Part shown: piece by piece, positions 41,301 through 52,419 of the stretch
Position numbering within the stretch: the first letter of the stretch is position 1
How the letters are laid out: every line of letters begins with the position of its first letter
From: Camelus ferus
Lineage: Eukaryota
Length of the DNA stretch: 64,000 bases
Reading direction: 5' to 3'
NCBI RefSeq assembly: GCF_009834535.1
Contig: NC_045696.1
Coordinates: 39,310,001 to 39,374,000 of the forward strand
Program-made: the position numbers and the translations under genes
The notes under the pieces: model-generated
What the model saw: only the letters and a program-made list of their open reading frames with translations
Told to the model about the DNA's origin: nothing
Database searches by the model: none

Positions 41301-43830
41301 TGATCCTGAATGTTTCGAGGGGATGCCTACTGTCTTCCTGTTGCTCTTTGGATACACTTGAGAATCTTGACCCTGGACCACAAGGCCCTGTGATATCTGA
41401 CCCCTCACTCCCGTTCTAGCTTCACTTACCACCACTATCCTCCAGGGTGGAGCCTGGATAGGGCAGTGGTGGCCATTGTTGGCTGCTACTCAAGTGGTGC
41501 CTCAGAAGACATCCAGATCTCTTATGGTGACTGTCCTGCTACAACTAATCTCTAAACATACCCTAGAGTCAATACTGGGCCTCCCTAGGAGGTCCAGAAA
41601 AAGAGTGGGAACAGGGTGAAGGCAGTGATCAGCTGTAAGAGGCAAAGGGGATTCGTATCTAAGGCTGTGTCTGAGCAGAGTCAAAGACTCCTATACAGGC
41701 AGTGCACTGAACTGTGTACAGAAACCACCTGCTTTAGTCCTCTGCTTCTCTAGAGCAAAGGACCTGGTGTGGGGAGAGGGAAAACACACACTTAAAAGGA
41801 ATGCAGCCAGCTCAAACACAATCCTCAGGGCTTCTGCTCCAGCAACTTGTAATTAGACCCTGCCCCTAACATAGTGGTGACAACCACCAACACCTCACAA
41901 CAAGCACCAGCTCTAGACTCTCCAGCTACAGCCTCACCCCCATCAAGGTGATAGCTGCCAGGACACCGTCAGGAAAGACGTCACTGGTATCCATGTCAAG
42001 CCCAGTTCTCCCACCTAATGCACTGGGCACACACAGTCTGTATACAGACACTCCTACACCTGAACCCCAATGTTCATAGCAGCACTATTTACAATAGCCG
42101 ACACATGGAAACAGCATAAATGTCCATCAATAGGTGACTGCATAAAGAAGATGTGGTATACTTATACAATGGAATACTATTCAGCCATAAAAACCGACAA
42201 CATAACGCCATTTGCAGCAACATGTATGTCCCTGGAGAATGTTATTCTAAGTGAAGTAAGCCAGAAAGGGAAAGGAAAATACCATATGAGATCGCTCATA
42301 TATGGAATCTAAAAACAAACAAACAAACAAACATAAATACAAAACAGAAATAGACTCATAGACATAGAATACACACTTGTGGTTGCCAAGGGGGTGGGGG
42401 ATGGGAAGGGACAGACTGGGATTTCAAACTTGTAGATACTGACAGGCATAAGCAGAATAGATAAATAAGATTATACTGTATAGAACTGGGAAATATATAC
42501 AAGATCTTGTTGTAGCTCACAGTGGGAAAAAAATGTGACAATGAATATATGTATGTTCATGCATAACTGAAAAATTGTGCTCTACACTGGAATTTGACAC
42601 AACATTGAAAAATGACTGTAACTCAATTCAAAAATGTTAAATAAATAAATAAATAAATTTACCAAATAAAAAATTCAAAAATATGTAATAAAATTACAAA
42701 TATAAACTGAATTAGGAAAAAGAATTGATCTAAAAACTGAACATTTTAACAAGGATCTGGAAAATATGTTTTAAAAAGATGCAATCAACAGTAATTCACT
42801 AGCGGATATTAAAAAACACACTAGAAGGAATGAATAGTAGACAAACTGATATAGAAGAACACATAAGTGATCTGGAAAACACAATAATAAAAATCAACCA
42901 ATCAGAACAGCAGAAAGAAAAACAAATTTAAAAATAAAAACAATTTAAGAGCTCTTTCAGGTAATATCAAGTGTTCCAATATTTGCATTATAGGGGTTAT
43001 AGGAGAAGAAAAAGAGAAGAGATCAAAAATATATTTGAAGGAATTATGTCTGAAAACTGTCCTAAGCTGAAGAAGCAAACAGATACCCACGTACAGGAAG
43101 CACAGAAACTTCAAAACAAGATGAACGCAAACAGACCTACACCAAGTCTTATCATAATTAAAATGGCGAAAGAGAAAGAGAAAATTCTAAAGGCACCAAG
43201 AGAAAAACAGTCATATAGTAGGGAATCCCCATAAGGTCATCAGCTGATTTCCCTGAAGAAACTTTGCAGGCCAGAAGTGAGTGGCATGATATATTCAAAG
43301 CACTAAAAGGGGAAAGCCTGCAGTGTAAGATACTCTACCCAGCAAGATTATCATTTAGAACGAGAGATAAAGAACTTCCCAAACAAAAACTAAAGAATTT
43401 ACCAATACTAAATCTACAGGGAAGAAATGTTGAAGCCTCTTCTCTAAATGGAAAAGAAGAAAGAACCTATAGGAAAGGGAAAAACCCCACAAGGAAAGGG
43501 AAATACATACTAAGGACAGTGGATCAACAAATTGAATACGCCACTATGTAGATTAAAACACCAAAAAAATTGTAAAATAAATTATAACTAAAATTAAGAG
43601 ATAAGCATGAAGATGTAAAATATAACATCAATACCACAAATTGTCACGGGGAGTAAAAAGTGTAGATCATTTAGAATGTGTATGAACTGAAATGATAAGT
43701 AGTTTAAAAGAGTAAGGTATAAGACAGGTCAACGTTTATGAACCCCAGGGTAGCCACTCATCAAAACCCCACAATAGATACGCAAAAACCGAAAAGAAAA
43801 AAAGCATACTGCTAAATGAAACAATAAAAC

Positions 43831-44240
43831 TGGTACGGAAACAACAGGCCAGCCAAGAAACAAGCACCACTTGGAGGGTTGGAGTACTCAGATTTATTAT
43901 GCCAGCAGGCTCAGAGGGGCTTCTACTCTGAAGCTCTGAGCACCTCCAAGACGTGTGCATAAAGCTTTATAGGGTTAATTACAAGCTTGGGGTATTCGGC
44001 CAATAGGCATGGAATAGCTTTAGCAGCATCATTATCACAAAAGTAGAGGCAGGGAGGCAGCAAACCAACATTTCAAGGCCAGATATGTCTCTTTGAAAAT
44101 CCAGCTGGTTAGCAAAAACAAACAAAACAAAACAAAACAAAACAAAACAAAAAACCATGAGCAGTGAATCAGCAAACCAACACTTGTTATACTTAGATTT
44201 ACGAGTTAGCTTCTTAGCTGAGCTTGTCTTTTCCTTCTCA
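43831..44240 (-). repeat. ERV 3' LTR (410 bp)
   Basis: Aligns end to end with 52420-52806. The length difference is almost all due to an internal (CAAAA)n expansion. Preceded by the PPT. Confidence 0.96.
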
Positions 44241-44252
44241 TTCCCTCCTCTT
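44241..44252 (-). promoter_or_regulatory. Polypurine tract
   Basis: AAGAGGAGGGAA on the minus strand, immediately before the 3' LTR. Confidence 0.9.
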
Positions 44253-44267
44253 GATGCTTTCACAACC

Positions 44268-45761
44268 CTAGTTGGAGTAAGCATCATCACTTATCTGTTG
44301 CAAGGGCTCATAATTGGAAGCTAACATCTGAAGTTTTATAGCCTCTACCCGCTCACGGACAAAGCGGGTCAGGAAGTTTAGGACACAGGGCCCAAATAGC
44401 AGAACTGCAAAAATCAGGAGCAAGGGACTTATGAACGGTGCCAGCCAGGAGGTCCATCTCTGGGGCCTGTCCATGGGCTCTTATCTAAAATATGTTTCTT
44501 CTTTTCCACTGAGTCTTGTAACTTTTGAACCATCCCTCTGACAATTCCTGATTGATTGGCATAAAAACAGCACTCTTCATTTAGGAAGAGGCATAGTCCC
44601 CTCTCTTTGGCCATGAGTAGGTCCAGACCCCTCCTGTTTTGTAAGACCACCTCTGCCAGAGTCAATCTGATTTTGCAGAGCTCCCAGGGTTTCTGCTATT
44701 CATTGGAGATCTTGGCTGAACTCACCTGTAAGCTGTTAACAGTAATAAGAGGATGAGGCTATGCCACCGATTCCTGTGCCCACCCCTGTTGCCACTCCAA
44801 GCCCCACTAGCAAGGGGTTCAGCTGTATGGTTCATTTTATTCTCCATGGATGCTGGTGAGTTACGACAGGGATGGGTGGACTTTGATTATTAGGCATAAC
44901 GTCCATTCGGGGAGTGAGATAAGCCAAAGCACATAACCCTGCCCACCCGGCAGGGAGGCATCGGTAGGCAAATTCACCACACACACAAAATAAGTCCCAT
45001 TATTAGGACACCATCCTTGTGTGGGCTGGCACCCTAAACCCATACAGTGTGAGGATTTAATACATTGTTTTATAGTTAGTTTGCCCTCTAAAGGATTAGT
45101 TCCATTATTGAAATAACATTCTGGTGCCTTGTAGGCGAGCTGTACCCAGTTTAGCCTGGAACTCCTAGTGGTAGAGGCAGCATCACTATTAGTCGTAGTA
45201 AAAGTTTTAGTGAGGTTTGTCAGAGGTAAGGCCAGGTGCTGGATGGGGCAGGGATGCAAGCATAGCCAGCAATCTTTAGCCAAGTCTGGATTGGAATGAT
45301 TGAGAATCCCATGGACTGTGGCTAACAGCCCATTTATTTGTGGATCTAGATCCCGAGGCTTGGCTAAAGTTGGAAGCTTTATTGGCTCCCGGGTAAGTAA
45401 TAATTTCTGGTGTTGCCTCTGGACTGCTTGTTGGACTGCTTGCCAGCGTGCCTGGTCCTGAATCCCTCCTCCATCACTCATCCCATGTGTTTGCTTGGTT
45501 CAGCACACCAGCTTGCCGGGTGTGCCATAGCACTTGATGCCAGATACATAATAAGCCTTAATTGTGCCGATCCAGTAGGATCTTCCCTGCTACGTGCACT
45601 CTGAAGTGGAGTCATAGCATTGACTCGGCTGATAAGTAAGCTGAAAATACAGGTCGGTACACGGACCACCTGTCACCCAGTTCAGTGTAGGTGCATTGTG
45701 CAGCCAAGGGGAGTGAGGGCATTAGTGTCAGTAACATCAGCCTTATGATTATCTTAGACAT
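44268..45761 (-). pseudogene. env: ERV env, gamma-type of the RD114/D-type/syncytin-1 (RDR) group, disrupted
   Basis: Signal-peptide-like MSKIIIRLMLLTLMPSLPLAA from ATG 45761, then SDGGGIQDQAR, CWLC, furin site RIK* (R codon mutated), fusion peptide [32 protein letters not shown]6CC (CLFLNEECC) and TM anchor [23 protein letters not shown]. Confidence 0.93.
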
Positions 45762-45925
45762 GATGCTGCAGTGACGGCACTAGTTATAACAAGGTATAAA
45801 ATAGCTATCAGGATCCTATGGCCTATATTCCAGTCAGGTGGGGTGGTGCTGGCCAGCCCCACCGCTAATACTCAGGCTAGTACAGCAAACAAGGAAAGAG
45901 GCAAGGGAGCACAAGAGGAATACAT
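45749..45925 (-). pseudogene. Candidate small hydrophobic ORF between pol and env (58 codons, one internal TGA)
   Basis: MYSSCAPLPLSLFAVLA*VLAVGLASTTPPDWNIGHRILIAILYLVITSAVTAASCLR*. It fills the pol-env gap and overlaps the env ATG by 13 nt. Confidence 0.45.
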
Positions 45926-45948
45926 TTAACAGTTTCGTTGCGCTTTCC

Positions 45949-48900
45949 TCAAGCTTCGGCCATGCGTTGACTAGCCAGCTTCCAGGTGTGGCTAGAGCAG
46001 GTCTCATCAATCCTTCTCTGGCCCCTCTTGATATTGATCTTGAGCAAGTCTCCTGGGACGCTCTCAATTTTCTAGGGACTCTCTGTCTGTGGTGAAGTCG
46101 CTCTCTTAACCCTGGAGTGGTGGATCCAAGGGATGATTCTTGCAACTTTAACAGCTGTAGGGGTAGTTAATACCACTAAATATGGTCCCTTCCATGTTGG
46201 TTTCAGAGGTTCCTTTTCCCAGTCCTTCACCCATATTTGGTCACCTGGTTTATGGGGATGGACTTGGACTCCTAATGAAATGGGGGTTCTCTCTATTACC
46301 CAATCCCAAATTTCCCATAGTACTTGTCCTAGTCCCAACAGTTGTTGGTGGAGCCCTAAATTTCCTATCTCCAGGGTGGGATTTCCCATCCTGACTAAAG
46401 GTGGTGGTGAAAACTAAAGGTGAAACCCATAGAGGATTTCAAAGGGAGAGTACCCAATATTAAATCTTGGGGTGCATCTAATTCACAACAGAGCCAGGGG
46501 TAAAATGTCCACCCAGGGGAGCTGGGTTTCCTGGCTGATTTTAGCTATCATTTATTTTTAGATTTCTGTTCATTCATTCTACCTTCCCTGAGCTTTGAGG
46601 CTGGTATGCTGTGTGTAGGTTCCAGTGGATGCTCAGTGTCTTTGCAACTTGCTGTACAATTTCTGCCACGAAGGCGGGTCCATTGTCGGACCCGCTGGAG
46701 GTAGGCATTCCAGACCGAAGGATGACATCCCTGAGGAGAGCCTTTGTCACCTCCCTTGCTTTCTCTGTCCTGGTGGGGTAGGCTTCTACCCACCCTGTGA
46801 AGGTGCAGACAAAAACCAGCAGGTACTTATATCCCTTACTGGGCCCAAGTTCAGTAAAGTCCACTTCTAAATCTTCAAAGGGAGCCAATCCACATCGTCG
46901 TATTCCCGTTGGCCCAGTGGGCCCTTGTTTTGGATTGTTTTGAGCACAGAGCAAGCAGCGTTGGGAGACTGATGCACACAGAGTAGGGAGACGAGAAATC
47001 AGGAAATACCGCTTCAGCAGGGCCTACAAAGCCGTTTTTCCCATATGTGTGGCTTCGTGTTGTTGTTGTACTATGCGATAAGCTAGTCGTTCTGGGATGA
47101 AAACCCTTCCATCCATTATGATCCACCATCCATCCTTTCCTTTCTTCCCTTGTTCGGCCTGTGCCCACTTGTTTTCATCGTGGCTATATTCTGGGGCAGT
47201 GGGTAGCTCTGTTGTTGCCATAATTTTCATTACTGGGTGTTTCTGGGTGGCTGCCTCTCTTGCCTTTTGATCAGCCAGCCTGTTCCCCTGGCTCACAGGG
47301 TCATTTCCTTTTTGGTGTCCCTTACAGTGAATAACAGCCACTTCCTTTGGATCCCATACTGCCTCCAGTAACTGTAAAATTTCTTCTTTGTTTTTGATTT
47401 CCTTTCCCCCAGCAGTCAAAAGTCCTCTCTCCTTATAGACGGCTCCATGTACATGCAAGGTTGCAAATGCTTATTTGGAATCAGTGTATATATTGACTCA
47501 TTTTCCTTTCCCTTCCCTTAGTGCCTGGACCAGTGCCCAGATCTCTGCTCGCTGAGCAGACCATCCTGGGGGAAGGGACTCTGCCTTTATTACCTCTTGG
47601 GTTGTTGTTACAGCATAACCTGCTTGCCATTGTTCATCCTGCACATAACTGCTGCTGTCTGTGAAAAGTTCCAGGTCTGGGTTTTGCAGGGGCTTGTCGG
47701 TTAGATCAGGCCTGCTCACGTACACTTCTTCGATGATTTCTTTGCAGTCGTGGTCAGGCCACCCTTCCCTCTCAGGCAAATATGTGGCTGGGTTTAAGGT
47801 TCACAGTCTCTAGACGGACTCTTGGATTTTCACATAGAAGCCCCTGGTAGTGGGTCATTCTTGTGTTAGTTATCCATTTGTAACCTGGGCTGTTCATCAG
47901 GGCCACCACAGAATGGGGCACTTTTACATTTAAAGTCTGTCCCAGGGTGAGTCTGTCTGCCTTGTTGACCAGGGAGTCTGTGGCAGCGAGGGCCCGTAGA
48001 CAGGGTGGCCATACTGATGCTACAGGGTCCAGTCTTTTAGACAAGTAGGCCACAGGGCGCTGCCACGGCCCCACATTCTGAGTCAGGACTCCGAGAGCGG
48101 TTTGGTCTCTTTCATGCACAAACAGGTTAAACTCTCGCGTTACATCTGGTAAGCCTAGTGCTGGGGCTTGGGTGAGCGGTTCCTTTAATTGCCTAAAGGC
48201 ATTTTCTTGTTCAGTTTCCCATTTGAGGGTTTCCTTTCCTGATCCAGCAGTTGCTTTGTAGAGGGGCTTGGCTATTCTTGAAAACCTGGGGATCCAGATC
48301 TGGCAAAACCCAGCTGCGCCCAGGAACTCTCGCAGTTTCCTTTTTGTTTCTGGTCTGGGTATGGCGCAAATAACTTGTTTTCACTCTGGTCCTAGGGCTC
48401 GGTGTCCCTCTGAGATAATAAATCCCAGGTATTTGACTGTCTTTTTGCAGATCTGGGCCTTTTTCCACGAGACCTTGTACCCAGTTGTTTAGAGTAACCC
48501 TAGGAGGGCTCAAGTTCCTCTCCAACAGTCCTCTTCACTGGGGCTGGCTAACAGCAAGTCATCCACATACTGGAGCAGAGTACAGTTCAATGTCTCCCCA
48601 GGGAATTTTACAAGGTCTGCAGCTAGTGCCTCTCCGAACAAGGTGGGCGAGTTTTTAAAGCCTTGGGGGAGACATGTCCATGTCAGTTGAGTTTTCTCTC
48701 CTGTATGGGGATTCTCCCATTCAAATGCGAATATGGGCTGGCTCACAGGTAAGAGTCAAAGACAGAAGAAAGCGTCTTTAAGGTCTAGGCATGTAAACCA
48801 TTTGGCGCCTGCTGGAATGAGGCCTAGAAGAGTGTATGGATTTGGCACTGCTGGATGTATTGTAGTGACTAGTTCACTTACTTTTCGTAAGTCCTGAACT

Positions 48901-49562
48901 GGCCTATAATCTATTCCTTCAGCTTTCTTCACCGGGAGCAACGATGTGTTTCAAAGAGATCTGCACTTGGTTAGGATTCCCTCTTGTCAGAGGCGCTGTA
49001 TGTGCTTCTCGATTCCTAGGTGAGCCTCTTGAGGCATGGGATATTGCTTCTGTCTGACCGGGCTGGCTCCAGGATTGAGGTCAATCACCAGTGGTGCCTG
49101 ATTATGTGCCAAGCCTGGCGGCCCATTCTCAGCCCAGACTAATGGAAACTCTTCCAGGAGTTTGTTAGGATTTTCCTGGAGTTCTCTACTCTCATATAGA
49201 TGCTATTCTTCTTCTCGGGGAACTGAGACGGCTAGAATCATAGCTTCTCCCCTTAGGGTCAGATGTGCCTGTTTCCCGGGGACGAAGGTAATTTGTGCTC
49301 CCAATTTAGATAGAAGGTCTCTTCCGAGCAATGGTATCAGGCATTCAGGCAAGTATAAAAATTCATGTGTCACTAGATGGCCCCCTACTTGACAGAATCG
49401 TAGCTGGCAGAAATGGCAGGCAGTCGAGTCCCCAGTAGCCCCTATAATAGTCGCCTTTTTCTTGGTCATGGGGTCTATACTCTGCTTCTGTGTCCATAAA
49501 AGTCATTGGTTGGCCCCCTATCAACATTTTGACCTTGGGCTTCTGGGGGAGCCTGGTCTCTC
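45949..49562 (-). pseudogene. pol: ERV pro-pol (protease, RT, RNase H, integrase), disrupted
   Basis: Protease [33 protein letters not shown] and LQYVDDLLL; RNase H LFTDSSS...SAQRAE; integrase HEATH, VDFTE, SDNGPAFV and WKGPY. The IN frame continues through a TAG (46072-46074) to ...CSSHTWKLASQRMAEA* at 45949. Confidence 0.95.
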
Positions 49563-51139
49563 CTATTCTGAATCAACCCTAGCCAATCTGATGCAATTAC
49601 TAGTGGCTCCAGCTGATAAGGAGGCCTTTTGCGGGGGGCTGTCTTCCCATCCTCTCTGTTTGGGCACCCATTCTTCCAGTGTCCTGTCTCCCGGCAATAT
49701 GCACATCGATCTCCACCCAGAGGCACCCATGGTCGGGGTCCCCTCTTCCGGTGGGGGGTGCAGGATTCTGGCTGAAGCCTGTTTTCCCCAGGGCTGCTGC
49801 AAGGAGTGTGGCTTTCTGCTTCACTTCGCTGGTCTGCTTCTCGTTGGGCTTCCCGTTCTCAGTTTACAAAAACTTTGTTTGCTACTTCCAGCAGCTGTGT
49901 AGCGTTCATCCCTGCTGAATCCATCCAGTTTCTAGAGTTTCCAGCATATATCTGGGCACAATTGGGCCACGAAGGCAGTGTTGGCCATCCGCTGGTTTTC
50001 TTGGGCCTCAGGGAGTGTAGACTCGGAATGCTTCACATAGTCTCTCATAGAACTCAGTGGGGGTTTCGTCTGGCCTCTGTCACCATGTTCGTTTTAGACA
50101 TGTTAGGTGTCTTCTTGGCTCCTGCTCTTAGCCCTTATAGTATGGCCTCCCAGTACTCATGCAGTGCTTCTCTTCCTTCTTGGGTGTTAAAGTCCCAATC
50201 TGGTCTAATGTCAGGGGCCCGTGACATGGCCAACCCCTCAACATCCACTGTGTCCCCGGGGGCTCGGCCCTGCAGCCATTTTCGTGCTTCAGTGAGAATG
50301 CGTCCTCTCCTCCTGTATTGAAAAGAGTCAGAAGCAGCTGGCAGACATCTTCCCAGGTGGGCCGGTGAGAATGGAAGATAGACTCTACGAGGTCAATCAT
50401 AGCCTGCGGCTTCTCAGAGTAGGAAGGAGTGTGATGGCTCCAATTGAGAAGGTCTGTGGTGCTAAAAGGTTGGTAGTAGAGTACAGGGTGCCCGGGCTGA
50501 ACAGTCCCGTCTTCCCCAACTTGCTGCGGCCCTTGTGTCTCCTGCAGCGGCATTTGGAGGGCCGGCGGTGCTGGTCTCCCGGCTTGTGCTGAGCGGAGTC
50601 TCCTTCCTACAGGCTCAGGCTGGGGGCTGGGCTCTGCCTCTGGGTCCTCAGGTTGGGGAGGTGGTGACCCAGAGGGTGGCGGTGTCTCCAGTGGGACCAG
50701 AGGTGTCGGTGCCCCAGGCGTACACTGGAGGGGGCAGGCACATCTTGTCCTCTGTGTCTCCCTGGAAAATAGGCTTTTCTCTATCTGTCTTTTTGGCCTG
50801 GACCGGCTTAGCTGCTAATAACTTGCATTGTCCAGGTCCATTTGAGCAGAACCAAATCCATGGGGGTAGAGTCTGGGCAGTATTCAGCCAGGAGTCAATG
50901 TAAGGGAATTGATCTGGGTGGCCTGGGGTTCCAGTGATTATTTGATAGACTGCTCGCACTGTTGCTAGGTCCAGAGTTCCTCCTGAGGGCCACCTGACTC
51001 CAAAGGTCAGCCATTCAAGCTCACAAAAAGTGCGAATCCTGCCAGGGGTCATTCAAACTCTATAGTCTCCTGAGAATCCCTTTTTGAAATCCTTAATCAT
51101 GCAGCCTAGGGTGGTGGGTTTTGACTTCGAGCCTCCCAT
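49563..51139 (-). pseudogene. gag: ERV gag (MA-CA-NC), disrupted
   Basis: Starts MGGSKSKPTTLGCMIKDFKKGFSGDYRV*MTPGRIRTFCELEW (myristoylation-type MG start). CA contains YYQPFSTTDLLNWSHHTPSYSEKPQ, and there is a single CCHC knuckle CAYCRETGHWKNGC. Ends at TAG 49563-49565 followed by G, a gamma-type readthrough junction. Confidence 0.93.
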
Positions 51140-51152
51140 TCTGTCTAGATGT

Positions 51153-51658
51153 TTAAGGATAATAGATCTGTTGCTTTGGGTGTTTGGGAAGGTAGCCTTT
51201 ATATCTTTTCCTTCTTCACTCTTCAAAACAGCAGAGTTCCCAGAAAGACCACTCTCTTGCTGGGTCTATTAGTTGTTTGAAGGTTAATTTCATCAGGGAG
51301 TCTGGGTTCCAGTCACAGCTGATGTCTCTGGAGCTCAAGGCCTCAAGCAGTTCCAGAGGCTTCCTCACTAAATCCCTCTCTACATCCTGAACTAATGTAC
51401 CAAGGGCGTGGGAGAAGTCCTGACAGCAAAACAAATGGACTAGAAAGGGGACCTCCAAGGCCGGGTGAGCCCAGTCCTGAAGAAATTCATCTTCTAAACT
51501 CAAATCCTGGGGGTCTGAGGCTAGGCAAAAGGGGCACTCCTTGGGTCAGTTCAGTAGGGGAACAATAAGTCTTGGGTGTTCTGTGACAGAGCCAAGTAGG
51601 AGGCTTTCTCAAAGAAATAGTATTCTAGCCTCTGAGGGCACAGGGGGCATTGACTCAT
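51153..51658 (-). pseudogene. Candidate decayed pre-gag ORF (Cys-rich, unknown function)
   Basis: Manual translation extends the 95-aa ORF-track frame (51216-51503) in both directions across TGA stops. It ends at TAA 51153-51155, 13 nt before the gag ATG. Confidence 0.6.
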
Positions 51659-52186
51659 TGGCTGTTTTACCTCCCTTTCCCTCCCAGTGTAGCCACCCTG
51701 TGCCGGTGTCAGCAGACAAGACAAGGGAGGGTTTTTGCTACATCTGCCTGGCTGCTCCCCTCATGGGGACGAAGGTGCCTCTTAGCTTTGGTGGGTCAGT
51801 ATAAGCCACTGACTCTGATCGGGACCCTGAGGGACCGATACCACCCTGAGCCGTATGAGGTCACCATGGAACCTGCAGGTTGGGACTCACTCGAACTCTG
51901 TAGCAGAATTCCATGGAGCTACAAACTCGAGCCTGATCTCATGCTTCACAGGCTGCACATTCATTCACACACACAAACACACACACACACACACACAGAG
52001 GTTAACAACAGTCCTCCCACCAATCCCAATATCCTGTTTCCTGTAGGAGGGGATCAGCCTCTTCTTTTGTCCACTGGGACAGGACCTGATTTCCCCATCT
52101 TGAATACCGTCAGACAGGAAGCCTGTGGGAGGGGATCAGCCTCCTCTTCTGTCCACTGGGACAGGACCTGATTTCTCCCCAGGGGT

Positions 52187-52195
52187 TCCTACCTT
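52187..52195 (-). promoter_or_regulatory. Candidate ERV major splice donor
   Basis: AAG|GTAGGA on the minus strand, ~200 nt after the PBS and upstream of all viral ORFs. Confidence 0.5.
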
Positions 52196-52397
52196 GTCCA
52201 GATGAACACCTGGTGAGTCTGTCCCTCCACCGAGTCTGGCTCTGGTTGTAGCCCAGCCACCCAAGGGGGGCCAAGTCGACGTCACAAAAGAGAACCCAGA
52301 ATACCGTCGGGCGGCACAACTTCGTTTGCTGCCGGAGTCCTGTCTCCCGGTTGGTCAGAGCCACGAGCCCAGCGGTTCAAGGGGCTGGCATGGTTGA

Positions 52398-52415
52398 CTC
52401 TTGCTGGGGCCTCCA
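52398..52415 (-). promoter_or_regulatory. Primer binding site, tRNA-Thr(TGT)-like
   Basis: Minus strand TGGAGGCCCCAGCAAGAG, 4 nt after the 5' LTR. It matches 16/18 to the complement of the mammalian tRNA-Thr(TGT) 3' end as recalled (TGGAGGCCCCAGCGAGAT). Confidence 0.85.
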
Positions 52416-52419
52416 GAAA

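Noticed and set aside
44861..45481. 206-aa env fragment as a co-opted syncytin or suppressyn-like gene
   Set aside because: It is cut off from the signal peptide by a frameshift and two stops, the furin site is mutated, and the TM is fragmented.
49462..52171. Plus-strand ORFs of 120-173 aa antisense to the ERV
   Set aside because: Most start at non-ATG codons and shadow gag or the leader; no evidence for an HBZ-like antisense gene.
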